32,000 bases of DNA from an uncultured Gammaproteobacteria bacterium (GCA_964360965.1 CAYHYM010000006.1:12265-44264); one strand, 5' to 3'; counted from the stretch's first letter, positions 8,518 to 17,388 are shown. Notes: generated from the sequence alone by a model not told the origin. Numbers and translations are program-made.

Positions 8518-8539
8518 TCCTTGCCTTCGCAGGGACGAC
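8518..8539. repeat. Single-arm copy of family A in the ligase 5' UTR
   Basis: TCCTTGCCTTCGCAGGGACGAC matches the right arm of the copy at 15313-15334 at 20 of 22 positions, and the last 14 nt are identical. It lies 7-28 nt upstream of the ligase ATG. Confidence 0.65.
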
Positions 8540-8589
8540 ACTATGTGTCGATTGTAATAGATTAAGCAAATATTGTAAAATATGTTGCT

Positions 8590-9387
8590 ATGAGTTACCC
8601 TATAGAAGCTATGGTAGATGATGTAGAAACTGAAGTATCAACACCCGCAAATGGTGCTGACCAATTAGATGTAAGTGACCCTAGAATACGGGAACTACTT
8701 GATGCCAATCGAGTGGTGAGAAAAATTGTTAAAGAGAATGGACTATTATTTGAACAATTCCATTCTCAAGTAGACCCTAAAAAGCTTGATGAAGCCAAAT
8801 ATAGATCTGCCCTACATATTATTGAGGCTATGGGCTTAGATTCCTTAATTGAAGAAATTTACAATAAACGGGGGTTTAACACACAATTAAAAATTGAAGT
8901 TGGACGAGCTCTTAGAAATAATCTACCACTTATTGTTTTGCTTCTAGATCTGGATGATTTTAAAAAAGTTAACACAAATTATGGTCTTCTAGAGGCAGAC
9001 CAGACACTTGTTAGAATAGGTCAAGAGATTAAACAACATACCAGGATGGTTGACACGGTAGCCCGTTGGGGAGGAGATGAATTTGGTATCATCTTACAAG
9101 ATACCACAGCAGTTGAGGTTGTTGCAGTAGCGATGAGATTGCTTAGAGCTATTCCTTCTTTAGCACCAGAATACTCAGAATTAACTGCCTCAATAGGAAT
9201 AGCCCAATTTGATGCTCCCGGTGATAAAGATGGTCAAGCTCTTTTTAGTAGAGCAGAATCAGCATTACGTGCAGCTAAAGAATTTGGTAAGGATCAGATA
9301 GTTATTGCTGGAACAGCTAATCAGGATTTATCAATTGAAAGCCTTGATGCTGGAATTCAAAACAAAGTTACTTTAATACATAAGTAG
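8590..9387 (+). CDS. GGDEF-domain diguanylate cyclase with an uncharacterised ~100-aa N-terminal region
   Basis: LLLDLDDFKKVNTNYG and RWGGDEFGIIL (intact GGDEF active site). The 3' end overlaps the convergent Fic gene by 20 nt. Confidence 0.8.
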   Translation: MSYPIEAMVDDVETEVSTPANGADQLDVSDPRIRELLDANRVVRKIVKENGLLFEQFHSQVDPKKLDEAKYRSALHIIEAMGLDSLIEEIYNKRGFNTQLKIEVGRALRNNLPLIVLLLDLDDFKKVNTNYGLLEADQTLVRIGQEIKQHTRMVDTVARWGGDEFGIILQDTTAVEVVAVAMRLLRAIPSLAPEYSELTASIGIAQFDAPGDKDGQALFSRAESALRAAKEFGKDQIVIAGTANQDLSIESLDAGIQNKVTLIHK

Positions 9388-10417
9388 CTTTTTTGGTGCC
9401 GCCTACTTTTTTAATCAGGCTCTTTTGTTTTAAAAACTTCATTTCTCTCAAGACCGTATCATCGGAAAAATCAGGGAAAATTTTTCTGAAATCTTTATTC
9501 CTCATCTCTTTATGTTTGTGCAGATATTCCATGATGGCCATCTGCCGCTCATTTAACATCACCTGTCCGCCTAATTTGTCCTTGACAGCTGCATCAACAG
9601 ATATTCTTTGAACCTGCTCTTTAACCCGGTTAAGCTCAATGGCCACTCCTTCCACAAAATACTCCATCCAGGGAGTTAAATCTCGCTCATGCGTATCTAG
9701 TACGAGCTGATTTGATACAGCTTGCAGCGTTAAGTAATAGTTCATGGGATTTTGATCAAAATATTCTTCAAAGGAGAAAAATTTGCGGATATCATAGCCA
9801 TCCAAAAACATCACCAAGGTGGTCACCGCTCTGGCTACCCTGCCATTACCATCAACAAAAGGGTGAATTCTGGACAGTTCATAATGAACAATACCGGCCC
9901 TGATAACCGGATGAATAGCTTTAGCTTCATCGGAATTGATCCAGTCAACCAAATCTTCTATCAAAAATGGCACCTCGGCCGCCGGCGGAGGAGTATAGGA
10001 AATTTGACCTGTTAAACTATTGCGAATGACCACCTGACGTATTCTAAATATCCCCATCACATCCTGAGGTTGGATTTTTTCCACCACTAATCTGTGTATT
10101 TCTAAAACAGCTTCTATGGTCAGTAAGCTCACCTCATCAATAAATTTTAATACATTTCTGTAATTTAATATCTCTTGAATATCTCTGTATCGGGCTATTA
10201 CCTCTTCTCCGGATAAAACCTCTTTTACCTGTTCTTCGGATAATGGGTTTCCCTCCAAATGGGTTCCGTGATGGATACTTCTCTCCAGCGCCTCTTTTCT
10301 AAATTTAGCTTCCCAAACAGGTACCAGAGGAGCATTTATGATCACCTCACGAGCTGCATCAATTCTGCCAATATTTTTTAAAATTGAGTTAGTTATGGTA
10401 TATTTGGGCACAAACAT
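9368..10417 (-). CDS. Fic-family protein (AMPylase-type) with C-terminal winged-helix domain
   Basis: ATG at 10417. Canonical Fic motif HPFVDGNGRVAR. An N-terminal inhibitory-helix-like GTHLEGN keeps the Glu, but Gly replaces the usual S/T four residues before it. The C-terminal region is wHTH-like (MAIMEYLHKHKEMRNKDF...). Confidence 0.85.
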   Translation of the reverse strand: MFVPKYTITNSILKNIGRIDAAREVIINAPLVPVWEAKFRKEALERSIHHGTHLEGNPLSEEQVKEVLSGEEVIARYRDIQEILNYRNVLKFIDEVSLLTIEAVLEIHRLVVEKIQPQDVMGIFRIRQVVIRNSLTGQISYTPPPAAEVPFLIEDLVDWINSDEAKAIHPVIRAGIVHYELSRIHPFVDGNGRVARAVTTLVMFLDGYDIRKFFSFEEYFDQNPMNYYLTLQAVSNQLVLDTHERDLTPWMEYFVEGVAIELNRVKEQVQRISVDAAVKDKLGGQVMLNERQMAIMEYLHKHKEMRNKDFRKIFPDFSDDTVLREMKFLKQKSLIKKVGGTKKATYVLK

Positions 10418-10418
10418 G

Positions 10419-11108
10419 TTATTTCCTCAACATTCTTAAAAGCACTAAACTGGCAATAACCACAGTCACCACCAAAAAAGAATAACGGGTCAAAATAGTC
10501 AAAAAAATCTCCCCTACCGAATAAATTAAAATACCCCAAAGTGGTATCCAGAATAAAGAAGATATGGCAGCCAAAAAGAAGAAATATAAAAATTTAAATT
10601 TTAAAGTGCCTGCTCCCAATGATAAAAAAGAGGCCACATTGGGATAGGCAAATCCCAAAATTAAGCCTTTATCACCAAATTTGTCAAGCTGTCCCCGGGC
10701 TTTAGTCAGCACCCAGCCATAGCCAATTTTTTTTAAGATATCCCCAAATCCAAAATAACCCAGTAAAAAATCTATAGTATAACCTATCACTAACCCTGAA
10801 ATTGCAGCAAGAATTACCAGTGTCAACTCCAAATGGCCGGCTCTGGCAAAAATAGCCCCCAAAGACATGGCCATCAGTCCGGGCACAAAAAAATTAATCA
10901 CCACCAAAGCTTCCAGCAAGGCGCTGACAAAGATAATTTCATAACCATAGCTTTGATAAAGTTTGGTAAAATATGCCAAAATCTCCTGCGCGGTGGGGAT
11001 GACCCCTTTAACTGCCACCAAAAAAACTATATAAATGGCAATTAAGAAAAATGGAACAATCAGTTCTCCGCTTAATCTGGCAGATATGGAACTTACAAAA
11101 TTCTTCAC
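10419..11108 (-). CDS. DedA/SNARE-associated family membrane protein
   Basis: Polytopic membrane protein with a DedA-like stretch, YGYEIIFVSALLEALVVINFFVPG. The apparent start is a GTG at 11108, with no in-frame ATG nearby. Confidence 0.6.
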   Translation of the reverse strand: MKNFVSSISARLSGELIVPFFLIAIYIVFLVAVKGVIPTAQEILAYFTKLYQSYGYEIIFVSALLEALVVINFFVPGLMAMSLGAIFARAGHLELTLVILAAISGLVIGYTIDFLLGYFGFGDILKKIGYGWVLTKARGQLDKFGDKGLILGFAYPNVASFLSLGAGTLKFKFLYFFFLAAISSLFWIPLWGILIYSVGEIFLTILTRYSFLVVTVVIASLVLLRMLRK

Positions 11109-11237
11109 TTGTTAATTTTTGCACAATTCCCGCAAAAAAGAAAGACTTTAGGCAAGGAGCATCCTCAAAAGAGCCAGACATTCATCATGTAGTTTATAAG
11201 CCTTAGAGAACTTTGTCAAATATGATATTATTTAGTT

Positions 11238-11513
11238 ATGGCTAAACATACTAAAAAGGTTGAAGAGAGATCCTTTCATAGAGAGCTGATCCAACAACTA
11301 GTCACTCTTTCTACTTCTGGATTTGGTCTAGTAGCAGCGCTGGCCTGGAATGAGGTGGTACAAACCTTTGTCAAAGAGTACATTCAAAGGTTTTACCCGG
11401 ACCAAGCAGGAGTGATCTCCAAATTCATCTATGCCATCATCATTACAGCTTTTGCTGTCTTTATCACCTATCAACTGTCCCGCCTGGCATCCCGCTTTTC
11501 CAACAAGAATTAG
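11238..11513 (+). CDS. Small membrane protein, function unknown (possibly DUF5654-like)
   Basis: ATG at 11238, 91 aa, two predicted hydrophobic helices. The stop overlaps the convergent recF stop by 4 nt. Confidence 0.5.
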   Translation: MAKHTKKVEERSFHRELIQQLVTLSTSGFGLVAALAWNEVVQTFVKEYIQRFYPDQAGVISKFIYAIIITAFAVFITYQLSRLASRFSNKN

Positions 11514-12568
11514 TATTGCGTAATTCTTCCATCCTCCACCCTTAAAATCCTGGCTTGATCTAAAAAATCCTTAGGAATATTTTCCAGTTCTACTGTGGCA
11601 ATGATAGTTTGCTGTTTACCCACCACCTCCACCACATGAGCTCTATGATCAGCATCCAGCTCTGAAAAGATATCATCCAATAAAAGTATTGGTCTTTTAT
11701 CTAAAATTTTGGCCATGTATTCCAGTTGAGCCAGCTTATATGCTAAGGTGGCTGTTCTTTGTTCACCTCGGGAACCGAAATGTGCTAAATCACGACCAGA
11801 TCCCTCGACGACAAAGTCGTCTCGGTGTGGCCCAATTAATGTGGCAGCTGCTGCCACTTCCCTACCATTAGTTTCTACCAACCTCTCAACAGATATTTCA
11901 CTTTCTCTGTATTCAAACCTAAACTCTCCCAACGGGCTCTCCAGACTGTTAATAAACTCAAAAAACTCCCCTCTCCTGTCACTGATCATTTTCCCCAACT
12001 TAACCAGCTCATCTGTCCAGAAGTCTAGCTCATCCACCTTACCTTGTCCTTCTCTAATTCTTTTTAATACCCTGTTTCTTGATGACAAAAACTGCTCGTA
12101 TAAAGTCAATGACCGCTTGTACTGCGGATCAACTTGGGCCAGCGCCAGATCCAGATGCCATCTTCGCAAAGATGGAGAGCCTGTGACCATATTTATATCT
12201 GAAGGATAAAAAATTACTGCCGGCAGATTCCCTATAAAATCAACCACTCTTCTTAAGATACCATTAACCAAAACTTTCTTTCGGGCAGGATTGACCTGAT
12301 CTGCTCTATTGAGAACTGCCAAAAGTTTCCTCTCTCCACCATCCACCACAAACCCTTCCACTCTGGCAAATTCCTCACCCCTCTTTATTAACTCATCCTC
12401 ATTTTCCACTCTTTGAGACTTGCCGGTCGAGAGAAAATAAATAGATTCTAAAAGATTGGATTTACCGACTCCATTATTACCTACTAAAATGGTAGATTTT
12501 TGATCAAATGTTAACTTAATTGCAGAATAATTTCTGAAATTTACTAAATTTAAATTTTTAAGAAACAT
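11510..12568 (-). CDS. recF: DNA replication and repair protein RecF
   Basis: Preferred ATG at 12568 (MFLKNLNLVNFRNY), in TAATG overlap with the MFS gene stop. Walker A GNNGVGKSNLLESI, signature GSRGEQRT, Walker B ILLLDDIFSELD. The track start at 12580 is a TTG. Confidence 0.85.
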   Translation of the reverse strand: MFLKNLNLVNFRNYSAIKLTFDQKSTILVGNNGVGKSNLLESIYFLSTGKSQRVENEDELIKRGEEFARVEGFVVDGGERKLLAVLNRADQVNPARKKVLVNGILRRVVDFIGNLPAVIFYPSDINMVTGSPSLRRWHLDLALAQVDPQYKRSLTLYEQFLSSRNRVLKRIREGQGKVDELDFWTDELVKLGKMISDRRGEFFEFINSLESPLGEFRFEYRESEISVERLVETNGREVAAAATLIGPHRDDFVVEGSGRDLAHFGSRGEQRTATLAYKLAQLEYMAKILDKRPILLLDDIFSELDADHRAHVVEVVGKQQTIIATVELENIPKDFLDQARILRVEDGRITQY

Positions 12569-13941
12569 TACCTCTCCCAATGTCCCAAGCCCAAAAATTC
12601 TCTGATTCTAAAAGGCAGCCTGTGTTCTGCAAAAAAGATGGCCGGTTTCCCAGCCAGGATTCCTGTGATAAAAATAATCACTCCCAAGCTCATAAAAATA
12701 GGGGTAACTCCAAAAAAATCAGATAAGGCTCCTGTCAAAAGTACCGGAATGGCGGCAAAAGCATTCATGGTCACAAAAAGGGTGGCAAAAACTTTACCTC
12801 TTATTTTTTGATTGGTATTTTCCTGAAGTATTGTTTGCGAGGAAATAATAATTACCACACTGCAAACTCCCATAATAAAAGCTCCCAAACTAAAAAATGT
12901 GGAAAGAGTTGGCGCTGCATGGAAAAAACGCAACTTGGGAATTTCCAGGGGTAAATCAGCTGCTTGGATCAGTTGGGCCAAAGTCGGGGTGATTCCCGCC
13001 AAAAAAAATAACACCCCAATCAAAGTTATGGCAGGAAGAACAAAGGCTCTTTTGGGTATTCTGGCGCCAAATTTGCCTAAAAAAAGAGCCCCCAATACCA
13101 TCCCCAGTCCCAAAGGAAGCATTAAAACATATGAGGCATCAGTGGCATGAATTTTTAGCACCCTTTCCATATAAGAGGAAAATACCACTGCCAAAATGCC
13201 AATCACTCCCTGAACCGCTGACAGCAGTATGATGGACGTGACCACATTTAGCCTTCCCCTGATAAAACTTAAAGTATCTTTAGTCTCCTCCAAAACCACC
13301 CCAATTAGTTTTTTCAGATTAACTGTCAGTAAAAAGTTTTCCAAACGTCTGTTGCTTGAGGCCACAATTTTTGGCAAGTTACCGGATAAAAGAAAGGCCA
13401 GAAAAAGACATACAAAACCAATCAGGAAAATGGCATTGATACCAAAAAAAGAAAGGATTGGCCCGGCCATTGAATATCCCACCGCCACAGAGCCATACAA
13501 AGTCAGAGAAAATAAAGAATTGGCAGGCAGCAGTTGTTTTTTCTCAACCACCATGGGGATTGATGAGGATTCGGCAGGGGCAAAAAATTGAGATAAAGAG
13601 CTCATAAAAAAAGTGTTCAGTAAAATTAAAGGGTATGAATTTTTAACAAATAGAAAAATAAGCATGGAGAGAGCCAGTAAAAAATCAATCCAAAGAATAA
13701 TTTTTTTTCTGTCTGCCATATCCACAAAAACTCCTGCAAAAAAGCCAAATAAAAATGAAGGAACATAAATTGATAAAATCAGGGCAGAAACAGCAAAATT
13801 GGAATCTGTCAGTTTAAAAACCCAAATAATAAGGGCAAAGTTTAAGGTATTATAGACCAGCTGAAGCAATAGCTGATTAATCCATAAATATCTAAAGGCT
13901 TTATTTTTTAAAACATCAGTAAAAGTTGGCTGAGAGGACAT
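12568..13941 (-). CDS. MFS-type transporter
   Basis: ATG at 13941, about 12 hydrophobic segments, and an MFS-like loop motif (DMADRKKI) after TM2. Confidence 0.7.
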   Translation of the reverse strand: MSSQPTFTDVLKNKAFRYLWINQLLLQLVYNTLNFALIIWVFKLTDSNFAVSALILSIYVPSFLFGFFAGVFVDMADRKKIILWIDFLLALSMLIFLFVKNSYPLILLNTFFMSSLSQFFAPAESSSIPMVVEKKQLLPANSLFSLTLYGSVAVGYSMAGPILSFFGINAIFLIGFVCLFLAFLLSGNLPKIVASSNRRLENFLLTVNLKKLIGVVLEETKDTLSFIRGRLNVVTSIILLSAVQGVIGILAVVFSSYMERVLKIHATDASYVLMLPLGLGMVLGALFLGKFGARIPKRAFVLPAITLIGVLFFLAGITPTLAQLIQAADLPLEIPKLRFFHAAPTLSTFFSLGAFIMGVCSVVIIISSQTILQENTNQKIRGKVFATLFVTMNAFAAIPVLLTGALSDFFGVTPIFMSLGVIIFITGILAGKPAIFFAEHRLPFRIREFLGLGHWER

Positions 13942-13961
13942 AACAAGAATTATACTCTATC

Positions 13962-14603
13962 CTAAATATTTTGCCAAAAAAGATGGGGGGAGTACACAAT
14001 CCAGTCGTGTCCTTGATCCTTTAGTACTATCAATTTAGACCTTGGAATGGCTTTTTGTAGTGCTCTACCTTGCCATAAAGAGTTTAAAACATCCTTTTCA
14101 CCCCACATAATAATGGTGTAGTTTTTAATTTTAGATCCTTGTTCTTTTAAATCTACTTTAAAGGCATAACGCCCTAGTTTTATATGCATGGGAAGTTTTC
14201 TTATAAGATATCCTGAATTGGTGAAAAACTTGACTAACTTCGTATGCCCCCTGGTGAATAAATTTCGCAGCAAATTATTGGAAAGTTCAAAAATAGTCTC
14301 TTGACCATAAACTCCAGCTGAATCTACCAGATATAACTTATCAACCATTTCAGGATAGTGCATAGCAAACTCCATGGCCATAGCTCCACCTAAAGAATGT
14401 CCTATTAAACTCACCTTATTAAGATTTCTGGCTTTAAGGAAACTGACAAACTGATCTATAAAATCATCGATATTGCCAGTAGGGATAATCTCATGGTGAT
14501 TGGCGACAATCACTTTATAACCCTTGGGGGCACTATCAACTAACCTTTTATATGATCTCTCACTCCTAGTCCATCCAGGAAGAACAACTAAAATTTCTGA
14601 CAT
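13962..14603 (-). CDS. Alpha/beta-fold hydrolase
   Basis: Preferred ATG at 14603 (MSEILVVLPGW); the track start is a TTG. Nucleophile elbow GHSLGG, and a late GEKD...GHDW giving candidate Asp and His. Confidence 0.7.
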   Translation of the reverse strand: MSEILVVLPGWTRSERSYKRLVDSAPKGYKVIVANHHEIIPTGNIDDFIDQFVSFLKARNLNKVSLIGHSLGGAMAMEFAMHYPEMVDKLYLVDSAGVYGQETIFELSNNLLRNLFTRGHTKLVKFFTNSGYLIRKLPMHIKLGRYAFKVDLKEQGSKIKNYTIIMWGEKDVLNSLWQGRALQKAIPRSKLIVLKDQGHDWIVYSPHLFWQNI

Positions 14604-15556
14604 TTTGGACAAAAGTATGTTCCCCTTCCTCTCAATTGTACCTTTTTAATTTCTGTTCCACAGATCTTGCACGGATGTCTATCTCTACCATAAACAAAAG
14701 CATAGTCTAAAAAATAGCCTTTGTGACCCTCAGTATCCACAAAATGGGCCCTGGTGGAACCACCATGCTTAATACCATCCCTTAGCGCCCTGATCAACCC
14801 GTCATACAGTGCTTGAAACTGTTTATCAATCAGATTAACCACTTTAGTGCGGGGATCAATTTTGGCATTAAAACAAGCCTCGTTGGCATAAATATTTCCC
14901 ACTCCGGAAACCACTGTTTGATCCATAATCGCCACTTTCACAGGCATATTTTTATGTTTTAAAAGATTTTCTTTTAATACTTGCCAGCTAAATCCTTTTT
15001 CCAGGGGCTCTGGCCCTAAGTTTTTTAGATCCTTCGCTTCGCTCAGGATGACAGTGGGCATCACTTTAATCCAGCCGAAGCGCCGCTGGTCATTAAAATA
15101 AAGATGGGATCCATTACTGAAGCTAAAAATAACCCTGGTATGGGAATTGGGCATTTTACCCACCATATCAGGAGTTGGATGGCCACCAACAAAACGTTTG
15201 CCGTCCTCATATATGAGCTGGCCTGTCATTTTCAGATGAAAAAGTAAGGTTACCCCAACGTCATTCCCGCGGAGGCGGGAATCCAATTCCGAACTAGAGT
15301 TTTCTAATTGGATCCCTGCATTCGCAGGGACGACGTCCACTCCTATATACTTACCTTTTCTCCAGATATTGAGCACTTTCTTACCCTGTAAGCCCTGAGT
15401 GAAGCCCGCCCTGAGCGAGGCCGAAGGGTCGAAGGGTTTACCATTTTGATTTAAGAAAGATTTAGCAGAAAGTATTTGAATTTTCTTAATGATTAAACCA
15501 ACTATTTTCTTTTCTAAACCTAGTTTGATAGTTTCTACTTCAGGAAGTTCTGGCAT
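14588..15556 (-). CDS. mutM: Formamidopyrimidine-DNA glycosylase (Fpg/MutM) carrying three repeat-element insertions
   Basis: Preferred ATG at 15556 giving MPELPEVETI (catalytic Pro2). H2TH region VSGVGNIYANEACF. C-terminal zinc finger CKICGTEIKKVQLRGRGTYFCPKCQ. Extra segments relative to E. coli Fpg coincide with the elements at 15026-15052, 15260-15334 and 15384-15436. Confidence 0.85.
   Translation of the reverse strand: MPELPEVETIKLGLEKKIVGLIIKKIQILSAKSFLNQNGKPFDPSASLRAGFTQGLQGKKVLNIWRKGKYIGVDVVPANAGIQLENSSSELDSRLRGNDVGVTLLFHLKMTGQLIYEDGKRFVGGHPTPDMVGKMPNSHTRVIFSFSNGSHLYFNDQRRFGWIKVMPTVILSEAKDLKNLGPEPLEKGFSWQVLKENLLKHKNMPVKVAIMDQTVVSGVGNIYANEACFNAKIDPRTKVVNLIDKQFQALYDGLIRALRDGIKHGGSTRAHFVDTEGHKGYFLDYAFVYGRDRHPCKICGTEIKKVQLRGRGTYFCPKCQKF
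15026..15052. repeat. 27-bp single-hairpin element (GTCATCCTGAGCGAAGCGAAGGATCT on the gene strand) in Fpg
   Basis: Encodes VILSEAKDL in the inter-domain linker of Fpg. It has the same terminus and phase as the other GTCAT elements. Confidence 0.6.
15260..15334. repeat. 75-bp palindromic element, family A copy 2, in-frame in Fpg
   Basis: 88% identical to 5928-6002, with the same orientation and codon phase. Encodes VVPANAGIQLENSSSELDSRLRGND between two beta strands of the Fpg N-terminal domain. Confidence 0.85.
15384..15436. repeat. GC-rich CCCTGAG.../...CGAAGGG repeat (family D) inside Fpg
   Basis: CCCTGTAAGCCCTGAGTGAAGCCCGCCCTGAGCGAGGCCGAAGGGTCGAAGGG. It shares CCCTGAGCGA and GTCGAAGGG modules with the intergenic copy at 16722-16789. 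Encodes ...FDPSASLRAGFTQGLQG. Confidence 0.55.
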
Positions 15557-16712
15557 GTTTTTGGACAAGATCTAAAATCTCTTCCTTAAACCTTTCTTTG
15601 GAAAATTTTTGAGATTGCCTTAGGCAGTCTTCAGGTTTAAATTTGGCAGGATCAAACTTTTTTAAAGCTGCCATAAGATTGTCTGTTGTTACCGTGCCAG
15701 GACCTCCGTAAAGTAAACCAGTCTTACCATCCACCACACTTTCTAAAAACCCACCAGCCTTTGGGGCTATTACTGGAGTTCCTGTGGCCATACTCTCAAC
15801 AGGCACTATACCAAAATCCTCATCTTCGGATGCCACAATCAATGCTTTGGCATTTTGCAAAAGTCTTACTCTCTCCTGATCAGACACCCATCCTAAAAAT
15901 TCAATATTTTTGAACCCCGCGGAGCCTTGGCGAAGTGGGGCAATTTCCGGTCCATCCCCGGCAACCTTAAGTGGTAAACCCAACTTCCCACAAGCTTCCA
16001 CCACTACATCCACTCCCTTTCCCCTTACTAGTCTACTTAAAACTAAGAAATATTTTTTGTCATCCTGAGGCTTTGCCGAAGGATCTCCAGGTTTAATCTT
16101 GAGATTCTTCACGGAGTTTAGAATGACAGATATATCCACAGGTGGATATATCATCACCGAATCCCTTCTGTAAAATTTTTTAATTCTTTGGGCCACATTT
16201 TTTGAGTTAGCCACCAAAATATCAGGCCTCTGAGAGGTTTCAAAATCATAAATTCGCAAAATATGGTTGGCCAGTTCCCCAAACACCCTGGTCCACCAGT
16301 GTTTTTTATAGTTAAAAGAAGTTGCATACCCATATAAATAACGCGGTGGAGTATGGATATAGCTGATATGCAGGCTTTCTGGTTTGGTAATAACAGCCTT
16401 GGCAAAATAGGTGTTACAAGAGGAAATCACCAAGTCATATTCAGATAGATCAAAACTTTCAAACATCATTGGCGCAAATAATCTGAAGGGAGAAAGAAGT
16501 TGATTTGCAAATGGAAATTTTTGCAAACCTGATGTTCTTATATCCCAGTCTTTAAATCTCTTTCCATTTTCCCCCATTGCATCCAAATTTACATAAGCTG
16601 TATACAAAGGAGCATCCGGCCAAATCTCACGTAAGGCTTCCAAAACCCTCTCAGCGCCACCATACTCTTTTAAATAGTCATGTATCAAAGCTACTTTTAA
16701 ATTTTTATCCAT
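15540..16712 (-). CDS. Glycosyltransferase, GT4 / group 1 family
   Basis: ATG at 16712. N-terminal HDYLKEYGGAERV, and a C-terminal EDFGIVPVESMATGTPVIA (E-x7-E type motif). Contains the 23-codon element at 16059-16127. Confidence 0.8.
   Translation of the reverse strand: MDKNLKVALIHDYLKEYGGAERVLEALREIWPDAPLYTAYVNLDAMGENGKRFKDWDIRTSGLQKFPFANQLLSPFRLFAPMMFESFDLSEYDLVISSCNTYFAKAVITKPESLHISYIHTPPRYLYGYATSFNYKKHWWTRVFGELANHILRIYDFETSQRPDILVANSKNVAQRIKKFYRRDSVMIYPPVDISVILNSVKNLKIKPGDPSAKPQDDKKYFLVLSRLVRGKGVDVVVEACGKLGLPLKVAGDGPEIAPLRQGSAGFKNIEFLGWVSDQERVRLLQNAKALIVASEDEDFGIVPVESMATGTPVIAPKAGGFLESVVDGKTGLLYGGPGTVTTDNLMAALKKFDPAKFKPEDCLRQSQKFSKERFKEEILDLVQKHARTS
16059..16127. repeat. 69-bp palindromic element (family B, GTCATCCTGAGG...TTTAGAATGAC) in-frame in the glycosyltransferase gene
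   Basis: Inverted arms share the GTCAT/ATGAC termini. 69 bp equals 23 codons (VILNSVKNLKIKPGDPSAKPQDD). Confidence 0.75.
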
Positions 16713-16721
16713 AAAAATTTA

Positions 16722-16789
16722 CCCTGAGCGAAGTCGTACTTCGATTCCACTCAGTACGACCCTGAGTGTTAATCGAATGGGTCGAAGGG
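16722..16789. repeat. 68-bp GC-rich family-D repeat in the 5' UTR of the glycosyltransferase gene
   Basis: CCCTGAGCGAAGTCGTACTTCGA...GTACGACCCTGAG...CGAATGGGTCGAAGGG, lying 10 nt upstream of the ATG at 16712. Confidence 0.6.
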
Positions 16790-16794
16790 CTTCC

Positions 16795-17388
16795 TTATGA
16801 TATCATTTTTTTTCGCCATTTAGTAAGCCATAAATAGATCAGTCCATAAAGTATGGTCCCTATTACTCCTACTACCAAATCATTGACCACATCAAAAGTT
16901 CCTCTGACATTGTGAGTTTTTAAAAATACATCAGTGTAATATTCTTGGGCTTCAAGTAACAGATGAATAATATTTGCCAGCCCCACCCCACCCCAAAAAC
17001 TCCAGCCGAAAGCACCCAAAAGTACTGCTGCTAAAGCAGCTGTGGAATGAAAATGAGGGATTAAATCAAAGTAAAAGTAAGAATCATATAAATTAAAAGA
17101 GTTCCCGGCCATATCCAGCCAGAAAATGGATAAATAAAGATTATCCCACCAAAATGGATACTTGTGGTGAGCGAACTTGTGGTGAGAGTAACCGAACCAG
17201 TCGAACCATTTTTTCTTCCAAAAATACAATACAGGAAAAAGTAAACTTAAAGTGATCACAATAATAAAATTTCTAATGGGAATAGCTTTGCCGGCAAATC
17301 TGGGATCATCCGGAAAAAGCAAAACTTCTCCTAAAAAGTAAAGGATAGAAAGCCTGATGACGATGTTAATTATTAATCCCCAGTTCAT
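16795..17388 (-). CDS. Integral membrane protein, function unknown
   Basis: ATG at 17388, several hydrophobic helices, aromatic- and His-rich loops. The 49-bp family-C repeat lies inside it at 17161-17209. Confidence 0.5.
   Translation of the reverse strand: MNWGLIINIVIRLSILYFLGEVLLFPDDPRFAGKAIPIRNFIIVITLSLLFPVLYFWKKKWFDWFGYSHHKFAHHKYPFWWDNLYLSIFWLDMAGNSFNLYDSYFYFDLIPHFHSTAALAAVLLGAFGWSFWGGVGLANIIHLLLEAQEYYTDVFLKTHNVRGTFDVVNDLVVGVIGTILYGLIYLWLTKWRKKMIS
17161..17209 (+). repeat. 49-bp family-C repeat (CTTGTGGTGAGCGAAC...GTCGAACCAT) inside a membrane-protein gene
   Basis: 41 of 49 positions are identical to the reverse complement of 24399-24447. It contains internal direct repeats: CTTGTGGTGAG twice and CGAACC twice. 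Confidence 0.75.

Noticed and set aside
11109-11237. Hairpin TTTTTGC-N9-GCAAAAA and candidate promoter elements between the divergent DedA and small-membrane-protein genes
   Set aside because: The stem is AT-rich and sits where no terminator is needed. I could not place a convincing -35/-10 pair with proper spacing, so the evidence is too weak to call.
4803-13591. Long antisense ORFs inside PRTase (4803-5111), ligase (7196-7555, 7940-8200), Fic (9752-10015), recF (11748-12209, 153 aa) and MFS (12899-13150, 13229-13591)
   Set aside because: These are shadow ORFs on the opposite strand of genes with strong motif support. Their products are low-complexity and Ser/Leu/Pro/Lys-rich, with no recognisable domains.
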